Shown here: piece by piece, positions 29,133 to 36,993 of the stretch
Layout of the letters: each line of letters starts with the position of its first letter
Numbering within the stretch: the first letter of the stretch is position 1
NCBI GenBank assembly: GCA_902547295.1
Contig: CACCNJ010000006.1
Coordinates: forward strand, 2,678-66,677
Origin: an uncultured SAR86 cluster bacterium
Lineage (GTDB): Bacteria > Pseudomonadota > Gammaproteobacteria > Magnimaribacterales > D2472
Length of the DNA stretch: 64,000 nt
Reading direction: 5' to 3'
Program-made: the position numbers and the translations under genes
Notes under the pieces: generated by a model
Told to the model about the DNA's origin: nothing
Seen by the model: only the letters and a program-made list of their open reading frames with translations
Database searches by the model: none

Positions 29133-29600
29133 TTATTGATGGACACAAGGAACATCGGTACTTCTATCTTTCGGTTCTAATGAATTAATCTTCCATTCAT
29201 CAGAAGTATTGATATAAACATAATGTGTCCTGCCTTTGAAAAGCAATTTATCATTGTTATCGTATCTAGAATAATCAGCGCATAATAAATAAGTATCATC
29301 TTTAACATTAGTTACACTAATATTATCTATCACGCTGTATGCGTAACCTTCTTGTATATTGGCTTTGAGGTCTTTAAAAAAAAGAATTACATCTTCATTT
29401 GTTTCCGCAATGTCATTAAATGATTTTAAATCAACTGGGGTATCAAAATAACTAGCAATACTTTCAAAATCATTGGCAATAAAATCATCTACATAGAGTC
29501 GATATAATTTTTGTATTTCAAATCTATTTAAATCATCTTCATTATTTACAGAACAACTTACTGCAAAAAAGACACAACAAATCATTATCAACTTTTTCAT
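29133..29600 (-). CDS. lipoprotein of unknown function (NTF2-like size and pattern)
   Basis: Lipobox AVSC. Length 155 aa. Confidence 0.45.
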   Translation of the reverse strand: MKKLIMICCVFFAVSCSVNNEDDLNRFEIQKLYRLYVDDFIANDFESIASYFDTPVDLKSFNDIAETNEDVILFFKDLKANIQEGYAYSVIDNISVTNVKDDTYLLCADYSRYDNNDKLLFKGRTHYVYINTSDEWKINSLEPKDRSTDVPCVHQ

Positions 29601-29732
29601 AACATCTCTTATTAATAGATAATCTAGATAGATAATGTCAGGCTAGCTTGTGAAGATAAATTATATATTTTATGTATATTTTTTATAGCTAATTAACACT
29701 CCAAAACCTCAAAACATTCTCAACCACTAGGT

Positions 29733-29758
29733 AAAAAAAGCCCACTAGTGTGGGCTTT
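29733..29758 (-). terminator. intrinsic terminator downstream of tRNA-Glu
   Basis: AAAGCCCAC-tagt-GTGGGCTTT hairpin, with an A/T run on the appropriate side. Confidence 0.65.
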
Positions 29759-29767
29759 ATAGTAAAT

Positions 29768-29843
<76 letters not shown>

Positions 29844-29857
29844 AGGATAAAAAGTGT

Positions 29858-29885
29858 ATTATATGGAATCAAATAAGATTATCAA
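29858..29885 (-). promoter_or_regulatory. sigma70-type promoter for tRNA-Glu
   Basis: Minus strand has TTGATA, a 16-nt spacer and TATAAT, 14 nt before the tRNA 5' end. Confidence 0.5.
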
Positions 29886-29892
29886 ATCAAAA

Positions 29893-30618
29893 TTATTTTA
29901 ATTTTTTCTTTATTCCGGACAAAAAACCCCTCATGAAACTTGCTTCCATTTCATCAGGCTGAAGTCTTGTAAACATCCTTTTGATTCGCGAAATAATTTT
30001 TTTTGGATTGTCTGGATCTATCACGTCAATATCTACAGCAGTTTCAATAAAGTGGTCAATTAATCGTTGTAATTGATCAGAATTAACTTCAGGATAATCT
30101 CTCCATTCTCTTTTACTATCATCAGATGACGCTTTTAAAATTTCATAACAAATAATTTGAGCGGACATTGCTAGATTAAGAACTGGATATTCGGGATTTG
30201 CAGGAATCTCAATAAGTTTATTTGCTAGTTCCAATTCTTCGTTTGTAAGACCCCTATCCTCTTTTCCAAAAACTATTGAAACTTCTTTTTTAGAATTAAC
30301 TACATTACAAATATCATTTGCTGCTTGTTCAGCATTCATTATCGGCCATTGAATAGATCTGTCTCTTGCAGATGTTGCATAGACAAAGGTGCTATCTTTT
30401 ATAGCATCTTTTATAGAATCAAAAATATTTGCGTTTTCAAGAACATCTGTGGCATTACCAGCTAGAGCAGTTGACTCACCAGATGGAAAAACTCTTGGGT
30501 TAACAAGTGATAACCTCTGTAATCCCATAGTTTTCATTGCTCGGGCTACAGAGCCAATATTTCCAGGATGGATAGTATCAACTAAAACTATGTTTATTAA
30601 ATTTGTTTCAAAAGTCAT
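29893..30618 (-). CDS. trmJ: tRNA (cytidine/uridine-2'-O-)-methyltransferase TrmJ (SpoU family)
   Basis: IVLVDTIHPGNIGSVARAMKTMGL matches the TrmJ N-terminus. I prefer the Met at 30618. The ORF-track extension to 30753 overlaps suhB and is hydrophobic junk. Confidence 0.85.
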   Translation of the reverse strand: MTFETNLINIVLVDTIHPGNIGSVARAMKTMGLQRLSLVNPRVFPSGESTALAGNATDVLENANIFDSIKDAIKDSTFVYATSARDRSIQWPIMNAEQAANDICNVVNSKKEVSIVFGKEDRGLTNEELELANKLIEIPANPEYPVLNLAMSAQIICYEILKASSDDSKREWRDYPEVNSDQLQRLIDHFIETAVDIDVIDPDNPKKIISRIKRMFTRLQPDEMEASFMRGFLSGIKKKLK

Positions 30619-30653
30619 ATAACTATTATCCTCATTTCTATTACAATAGCGAC

Positions 30654-31442
30654 ATGTCAAAACAAGCTTTGTTAAATATAAACCTTTTGGCTGCGCGTAA
30701 GGGAGCAGCAGAGTTAGAATTTGCTGTAAAAAAAGTACACAGTTTAGATTCATCTAAAGGGACTCCAGATGGATACATAAAAGCAATTGAGAAAAGAGTA
30801 GAAGAATTAGTTTTTGAGGAAGTTATGAAATTCCAAAAAGAAGATAATTTTTTAAGTATTCATAAAGGACATATTGTAAATAATTCAAATACTACTTGGG
30901 TGCTAAAGCCGATTGATGGAGTTGAAAATTTTATAAATGGTTATCCACACTTTTCAATTTCTTTATGTTCAATAACCGATAATGAAATAACAACAGCTGT
31001 GGTCATTGATCCTATCAGAAGAGAAGAATTTTCAGCATCTATAGGCGGTGGTGCGGACTTAAACAATAATAAAATTCGAGCAAGCAAGCAAAATTCATTA
31101 GAGAATGCGATGCTATCTTTTAAGAAATCAAATAAAAATGACGAATTCAATTTTGATAAAGCTTACAAAGAGCTCGCTAATCAAAATTTAAATATGCGTG
31201 AAAGCGGATGTCTTTCTCTAGATCTCTCATACGTTGGCGCTGGAAGATTGGATGGAGTTTGGGGTTATGACGTGAGTCTTATTGATTTTGCCGCAGGAGG
31301 TTTAATTGCCCAAGAAGGAGGTGCTTTGGCTAGTAATTTTAATGGAGATCCAAAATTTATAATGGAAAATAATATTATTTCTGCAACTTCAAAAATTTAT
31401 AAATCTATTCTGAAATCAATAAAGCCAAATCTAATAAATTAA
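30654..31442 (+). CDS. suhB: inositol monophosphatase family protein SuhB
   Basis: MSKQALLNINLLAARKGAAEL resembles the SuhB N-terminus. Has WVLKPIDGVENF and WDVxxxAAG-type motifs. Divergent from trmJ, as in E. coli. Confidence 0.85.
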   Translation: MSKQALLNINLLAARKGAAELEFAVKKVHSLDSSKGTPDGYIKAIEKRVEELVFEEVMKFQKEDNFLSIHKGHIVNNSNTTWVLKPIDGVENFINGYPHFSISLCSITDNEITTAVVIDPIRREEFSASIGGGADLNNNKIRASKQNSLENAMLSFKKSNKNDEFNFDKAYKELANQNLNMRESGCLSLDLSYVGAGRLDGVWGYDVSLIDFAAGGLIAQEGGALASNFNGDPKFIMENNIISATSKIYKSILKSIKPNLIN

Positions 31443-32353
31443 GGCATTCCATCAAAGTCTGCACCTTCAGGTTCAGGAATTGCTAAATCATCTTGAGTTA
31501 GTGTTAAAGACATTAACATATTGGCAACAACATAAATGGAAGAGTAAGTACCTATCACAACCCCAATTATGAGGGCCAAACTAAAGCCTCTTATTAATTC
31601 TCCACCAAAAATAAACAGTGCAAATAATACAAGTAATGTAGTAAAAGATGTGACAAGGGTTCTTCCAAGCATTTGATTAAGTGACAAATCAATCATATCC
31701 ATAGGTTCCAAAACTCTCTCAGTTCTAAAATTTTCTCTAATTCTGTCTGATACAACTATGGTGTCATTAAGAGAATAGCCTATTACTGCAAGCAGAGCTG
31801 CAAGGACTGTTAGGTCAAAATCCCATGAAAATACTGAAAATATTCCTAGAATTATTACTACGTCATGTGCCAAAGCAGTCACAGCTCCCAGTGCAAACTT
31901 ATATTGAAATCTAAAAGCAACATACATTAGTATCATGAATAGTGCCACTATCATTCCTAGACCACCCTGATCTCTTAATTCATCTCCAACTTGTGGTCCA
32001 ACAAATTCGACTCTTTTAAGCTCAATAGGAATTTCTTGATCACTTAAAATATTAAATATACTTTCTCCAACAGAACTATTACCACTTTGATCAGCAACTT
32101 TAATTAAAACGTCTAAATTGGTTCCAAAATTTACAACTTGTGAGTCAGGATATCCATTGTTATCAAGTTTGATTCTTATTGATTCAAGAGAAACCGGAGA
32201 TTCATAAGATACCTCAATCAAAGTTCCTCCACTAAAATCAAGGCCTAGACTTAAACCTCTTAAACCCAAAGATACACATGATATAAGAAATAAAGTAATT
32301 GAAATAAGCCCAGCTATTTTCCTAAACTTCATAAATTTAAATCTAATATCCAT
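31439..32353 (-). CDS. secF: protein translocase subunit SecF
   Basis: LGLDFSGGT motif, 6 TM helices, and position after secD. Confidence 0.95.
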   Translation of the reverse strand: MDIRFKFMKFRKIAGLISITLFLISCVSLGLRGLSLGLDFSGGTLIEVSYESPVSLESIRIKLDNNGYPDSQVVNFGTNLDVLIKVADQSGNSSVGESIFNILSDQEIPIELKRVEFVGPQVGDELRDQGGLGMIVALFMILMYVAFRFQYKFALGAVTALAHDVVIILGIFSVFSWDFDLTVLAALLAVIGYSLNDTIVVSDRIRENFRTERVLEPMDMIDLSLNQMLGRTLVTSFTTLLVLFALFIFGGELIRGFSLALIIGVVIGTYSSIYVVANMLMSLTLTQDDLAIPEPEGADFDGMP

Positions 32354-34209
32354 TATATTTTTAGTTCCTGAATATTTTTATTACCGTAGACAAGATTAAC
32401 CATTGCTCTGGTACACATAATTGCCGTAAACATTGAAGTAACAATTCCAATTGAAAGAGTAATTGCAAAGCCTTTTACAGGACCAGTACCAATAATATAT
32501 AAAATCAACGCAGTAATTAATGTAGTAACATTTGCATCAAAAATGGTAACAAAGGCCCTTGAAAAACCATCTCTTATGGCTGACTGGGGATCTTTTTCTT
32601 TTAATTCTTCGCGTATCCTTGAGAATATCAGTACATTTGCATCCACTGCCATACCAACAGTCAAAACGATACCTGCCATGCCTGGTAAAGTTAAAGAAGC
32701 TCCTAATAGAGACATTATTCCTGTAATTAAAACTAAGTTTAGAATTAATGAAATATTAGCTGCGATGCCAAATACTCTGTAATAAAAAATCATGAAAAGA
32801 ACTACTAATGCAAAACCAATAACAATAGATTTCATTCCTAATTCAATATTTTCTTTACCTAAACTGGGTCCAACAGTTCTTTCCTCTACAAATTTCATAG
32901 GAGCTGCAAGTGCTCCTGCTCTTAGTAGTAAAGCTAATTCACTTGCTTCAGCTGGTGAGCCAACGCCAGTAATCCTGAAACTTGTTCCTAATACAGCCTG
33001 AACAGTTGCAAGGCTAATTATATTTTTTTCAATATAAGATGTTTGCTCAATAACTGACTCACCCATCGCATTTGTTACTAACTCTGATTTAGTTTTTTGT
33101 TCTACAAATAAAACACCTAAACGTCTTCCAATATTTCCAGAAGTTGCCTTTTGCATAGCACGACCTCCTTCCATATCAAGAGTTATATTTACTTGTGCGA
33201 ATCCGCTTTCATCAAATCCTGTATTTGCATTAGTAACTCTATCGCCAGCAACAATAACAGACCTTTCCAAGAATGCCGTTTGAAATTCGTTTTCTTTAAA
33301 ATTAAATTCCTCTTTTCTTAATGGTGAGGTCCTCGAGTTAGCTTCCATTCTAAATTCAAGATTTGCAGTTTTACCTATTATTTTTTTAGCTGCTGTTGGA
33401 TCCTGAACTCCTGGTAATTGAACAACAATTCTGTTGCCGCCCTGTCTTTGAACTATCGGTTCTGATACACCTAATTCATTAACCCTATTTCTTAAAGTAA
33501 TTAAGTTCTGTCCAACCGCATAGTCTCTAATTTCCCTTAAGGCTATATCAGAATATTCAAGCATTAAAACATCTGAGCTTGGTCTTTCAGTAATAATGTA
33601 TTGAACGCCATTTATTACAGGACTGTCATCTCTAAATTTCTTTAAACCTTTGTTATAACTTTGATTATCGCTAAATTTGAAATGAAGCTTCAAATCCTTA
33701 ATTGAAGATTCATCAAATTTTATTCTCTCTTCTTTAAAGGTTTTTCTGTAGGTTTCTAAAAGCAATTCAAGCCTGCCCTGCTGAGCTGTTTCAATATCCA
33801 CTTCTAGTAAAAAATGAACTCCACCAGATAAATCAAGACCAAGTTTTACAGGATTAGCTCCAAGATCTTTTAGCCATTGAGGAGTTGCTGGCTCTAAAAA
33901 TAAAGCAATTATTACTTTATCTAATAGAGCGTTTTGTAATACTGTTTTTGAACTTAGCTGAGTATCAACATCCTTAAACTTAATAACGATTTTATTTTCT
34001 CTCAAAAATATATCTTCATAATCAGTTTGAGATTCTTCAAGGATACTTTCAAGATCATTCAATAATGATTGATCTGCTGATCTACCTGAATCTGTATAAG
34101 CAACTTGAATAGATGGTTGTGTAGGATACAAATTTGGAAGTGCATAAAGTGATCCAACTACCAACACGACTAAAATTAGCAAATATTGATATATGGAAAA
34201 TTTATTCAC
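32353..34209 (-). CDS. secD: protein translocase subunit SecD
   Basis: LGLDLSGGVHF motif, large periplasmic domain and C-terminal 5 TM helices. 1-nt overlap with secF. Confidence 0.95.
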   Translation of the reverse strand: MNKFSIYQYLLILVVLVVGSLYALPNLYPTQPSIQVAYTDSGRSADQSLLNDLESILEESQTDYEDIFLRENKIVIKFKDVDTQLSSKTVLQNALLDKVIIALFLEPATPQWLKDLGANPVKLGLDLSGGVHFLLEVDIETAQQGRLELLLETYRKTFKEERIKFDESSIKDLKLHFKFSDNQSYNKGLKKFRDDSPVINGVQYIITERPSSDVLMLEYSDIALREIRDYAVGQNLITLRNRVNELGVSEPIVQRQGGNRIVVQLPGVQDPTAAKKIIGKTANLEFRMEANSRTSPLRKEEFNFKENEFQTAFLERSVIVAGDRVTNANTGFDESGFAQVNITLDMEGGRAMQKATSGNIGRRLGVLFVEQKTKSELVTNAMGESVIEQTSYIEKNIISLATVQAVLGTSFRITGVGSPAEASELALLLRAGALAAPMKFVEERTVGPSLGKENIELGMKSIVIGFALVVLFMIFYYRVFGIAANISLILNLVLITGIMSLLGASLTLPGMAGIVLTVGMAVDANVLIFSRIREELKEKDPQSAIRDGFSRAFVTIFDANVTTLITALILYIIGTGPVKGFAITLSIGIVTSMFTAIMCTRAMVNLVYGNKNIQELKI

Positions 34210-34213
34210 TTAA

Positions 34214-34510
34214 CTACTTAATTGATTCTATGGTGCCTTTTGGCAAGATGTTTGCAATTGCTGATCTTTGAAGCTTGAAAACAACATTTTCACTTACTTC
34301 AAGAGATATATATTCTCCTTTAATAGCTTTAACCTTTCCAATTATTCCACTTGCTGCAATTACTTCAGCTCCAATTTCTAGTTTAGAAAGCATTTCGTTG
34401 ATTTCTTTGTTTCTTTTATTTTGTGGTCTGATAATTACTATATACATGAATAATAGTAAGAACCCTAAAAAAATTAGTGGTGAAAAAAGTGATGATGCTT
34501 CGCCTTCCAT
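34214..34510 (-). CDS. yajC: preprotein translocase subunit YajC
   Basis: 98 aa, single TM, IIRPQNKRNKE motif, and position between tgt and secD. Confidence 0.9.
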   Translation of the reverse strand: MEGEASSLFSPLIFLGFLLLFMYIVIIRPQNKRNKEINEMLSKLEIGAEVIAASGIIGKVKAIKGEYISLEVSENVVFKLQRSAIANILPKGTIESIK

Positions 34511-34518
34511 AATTTATC

Positions 34519-35634
34519 CTATATTGGCCCGTCGGGCATATCTAAATTTCGTTTATTATAAAAGTCTTTTATGAACTTCGCGAATAAATTATCTTTTATT
34601 GCACTTCTAATATCATTCATTAACGACTGGTAATAAGAGATATTATGATAAGTAGCCAACATTGCTCCAAGCATTTCATTAGTTCTATGTAAATGGTTGA
34701 GGTATGCCCTGCTGTAATTTTGAGATACTTTATTATTACAATTCACATCGATAGGATCATCACAGTCTTTATATTCTGCATTTCTAATATTTATTACGCC
34801 TTCAGAGGTAAATAATTGTCCATTCCTGGCATTTCTTGTTGGAAGAACACAATCAAACATATCAATGCCATACCTTACAGCCTCAACAATATCTTCAGGA
34901 GTGCCAACGCCCATCAGATATCTTGGTTTATTTTCAGGCAACTTATCACACATAAACTCTAATATTTCAGTTTTCTCCTGTTTAGATTCACCAACACTTA
35001 ATCCACCAAGTGCAATTCCATCAAAATCAATTTCAATTAATTTGTTTAAAGACTCTTCTCTCAAATCTTTGAACATGCCTCCCTGAACAATTCCAAATAA
35101 TGATGATTTAGATTTATGCGCTGCTTTGCATCTCTTTGCCCATCTCATAGAAAGTTCCATTGATTTTTTTGCTTCTTCATAAGTTGAAGGATATTCAGTG
35201 CACTCGTCAAATACCATAATAATATCTGAGCCAAGATTCTCCTGAATCATAATTGAATCTTCAGGTCGCATGAAAATTTTTTTACCATCATATGGAGAAC
35301 TGAACTTAACACCATCTTCAGAAATTTTAGCCAAATCGCCAAGGCTCCATACCTGGAATCCTCCTGAATCAGTAAGAATAGGTTTATCCCAATTAATAAA
35401 TTTATGCAGTCCGCCTATATTCTTAATTAATTCATCGCCAGGCCTCAGCATAAGATGGAAAGTATTTCCAAGGATTATCTCTGAACCAGTCTCATTTAAG
35501 TCTTCAACAGTTAAGCCTTTTACAGATCCGTTAGTACCAACTGGCATAAATGCTGGCGTATTGATTTTGCCTCTTGATAGTTGTATTTCAGACGCTCTTG
35601 CAAAATTGGATGTATTTTTAGTTTTAAACTTCAT
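34519..35634 (-). CDS. tgt: queuine tRNA-ribosyltransferase
   Basis: TPAFMPVGT, LTDSGGFQV and FDCVLPTRNARNG motifs. Confidence 0.95.
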   Translation of the reverse strand: MKFKTKNTSNFARASEIQLSRGKINTPAFMPVGTNGSVKGLTVEDLNETGSEIILGNTFHLMLRPGDELIKNIGGLHKFINWDKPILTDSGGFQVWSLGDLAKISEDGVKFSSPYDGKKIFMRPEDSIMIQENLGSDIIMVFDECTEYPSTYEEAKKSMELSMRWAKRCKAAHKSKSSLFGIVQGGMFKDLREESLNKLIEIDFDGIALGGLSVGESKQEKTEILEFMCDKLPENKPRYLMGVGTPEDIVEAVRYGIDMFDCVLPTRNARNGQLFTSEGVINIRNAEYKDCDDPIDVNCNNKVSQNYSRAYLNHLHRTNEMLGAMLATYHNISYYQSLMNDIRSAIKDNLFAKFIKDFYNKRNLDMPDGPI

Positions 35635-36637
35635 TTTTTTTTAAAAGCATAGCATCCCCATAAGATAAGAACCTATATTTCTCTTGAACTGCTATATCGT
35701 ATATTTTCATTGTATTTTCAAAACCAATAAATGCAGAAACTAACATTAATAAAGATGATTTAGGTAAATGAAAATTTGTTATCAGCATATCTACTGCCTT
35801 GAATTCAAAACCTGGATATATAAATAAATCTGTAAAATCTTTGTAACCTTTTTCCTCGATAAATGCAGTTTCTAGAGCTCTAAGAGTTGTTGTTCCAACA
35901 GCAAAAATCTTTTTACCATTATTTTTAGCTTGTTTAACTTTATCCACGATCTCATCATTCACTTCAACAAACTCTTTATGAATCTTGTGATCTTTGATAT
36001 TTTCAGTTTTAACAGGCTGAAATGTGCCTGCCCCCACACTCAAATTAATAGAAATAATATCAACTCCAATGTTTTTTATTTTTTGAAGTAACTCATTATC
36101 AAAATGTAAGCCTGCTGTTGGAGCAGCAACTGAATTTTGAAAATCTTTATCTTCATATACTGTCGCGTATCTTTTTTTATCTATTTCTTCATCATGTCTT
36201 TTAATATAGGGAGGTAATGGAACATGTCCAATATCGTTAAAAATAACAGATGGTGACTCAACAAATTTAACGACAAAAAAATTATCTTTGCGGTCAATGC
36301 ATTTTGCCTCATATTGATCAAAGAACATTTTAGTTCCTGCTTTAGGAGGATTTCCTGATCGAATTTGAACTAAAGCTTTATTGTCATCTAACTCCCTTTC
36401 AAGCATTAGCTCAATTGAGCCACCGGATTCTTTCTTTCCATAAATTCTTGCAGGTATTACTGAGGTATTGTTGTTAATAAGCAGATCTCCTTCATCAAAA
36501 TAATTTGTTATATCCTGAAATGTTCTATGTTCAATTTCATTTAGTCTTACTAAAAGTCGACTTGAACTTCTTGAATTAATTGGATAATGAGCGATTAACT
36601 CATCTGGCAATTCGTAATCGAAATCAGAGGTTTTCAT
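35624..36637 (-). CDS. queA: S-adenosylmethionine:tRNA ribosyltransferase-isomerase
   Basis: MKTSDFDYELPDELIAHYP N-terminus, PLPPYIKR and AVGTTTLRALE motifs. Confidence 0.95.
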   Translation of the reverse strand: MKTSDFDYELPDELIAHYPINSRSSSRLLVRLNEIEHRTFQDITNYFDEGDLLINNNTSVIPARIYGKKESGGSIELMLERELDDNKALVQIRSGNPPKAGTKMFFDQYEAKCIDRKDNFFVVKFVESPSVIFNDIGHVPLPPYIKRHDEEIDKKRYATVYEDKDFQNSVAAPTAGLHFDNELLQKIKNIGVDIISINLSVGAGTFQPVKTENIKDHKIHKEFVEVNDEIVDKVKQAKNNGKKIFAVGTTTLRALETAFIEEKGYKDFTDLFIYPGFEFKAVDMLITNFHLPKSSLLMLVSAFIGFENTMKIYDIAVQEKYRFLSYGDAMLLKKNEV

Positions 36638-36684
36638 GTTGGCTGATTTTAAAATAGATAATACTTAGCTACAATGCTAGTCTG

Positions 36685-36769
36685 GCCCCATTGGCGGAAT
36701 TGGTAGACGCGCGCGATTCAAAATCGCGTTCTTTCGGGAGTATCTGTTCGACTCAGATATGGGGCACCA
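36685..36769 (+). tRNA. tRNA-Leu (anticodon CAA)
   Basis: GCCCCAT/ATGGGGC acceptor stem, D-arm GGCGGAATTGGTAGACGC, anticodon loop TTCAAAA, long variable arm and encoded CCA. Length 85 nt. Confidence 0.95.
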
Positions 36770-36993
36770 ATCTAATCAAAAATAATCAAAAATATGTTAA
36801 ATCGTAGTAAAACTACAAAATAAATACTCCGAAAGTATTATTAAATCAATAAATAACATAAATTTGACATTATTTAAATTTTTTTTGTTAAATATACTAC
36901 ATCAAGTCGCTTTGCCATAAATTTGGTTAGTTTGGGCACAAACTTTTTCTTACGCTTTATGGACGCCCGGCAAATGAATTAAAAGGAGAAATT

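Noticed and set aside
30603-30753. N-terminal extensions suggested by the ORF track. These are trmJ to 30753, suhB from 30603, era to 45028, glk to 4683, the TonB receptor to 18266 and the small secreted protein to 13182.
   Set aside because: The extensions overlap neighbouring genes, have no similarity to the protein families, and are followed by internal starts that reproduce the canonical N-termini. Those internal starts were used in my calls.
35270-35644. Long antisense ORFs inside well-supported genes. Examples: 35270-35644 in tgt, 43184-43576 across acpS/recO, 47025-47390 in lepA, 23776-24114 in the amidase gene, 10278-10598, 32543-33001, 62041-62410, and the other 60-110 aa track entries.
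   Set aside because: Each lies fully within, and antisense to or out of frame with, a gene that has strong family motifs. Their translations are low-complexity Ser/Ile/Phe/Leu-rich strings without motifs. Stop-free antisense frames are a known by-product of codon bias.
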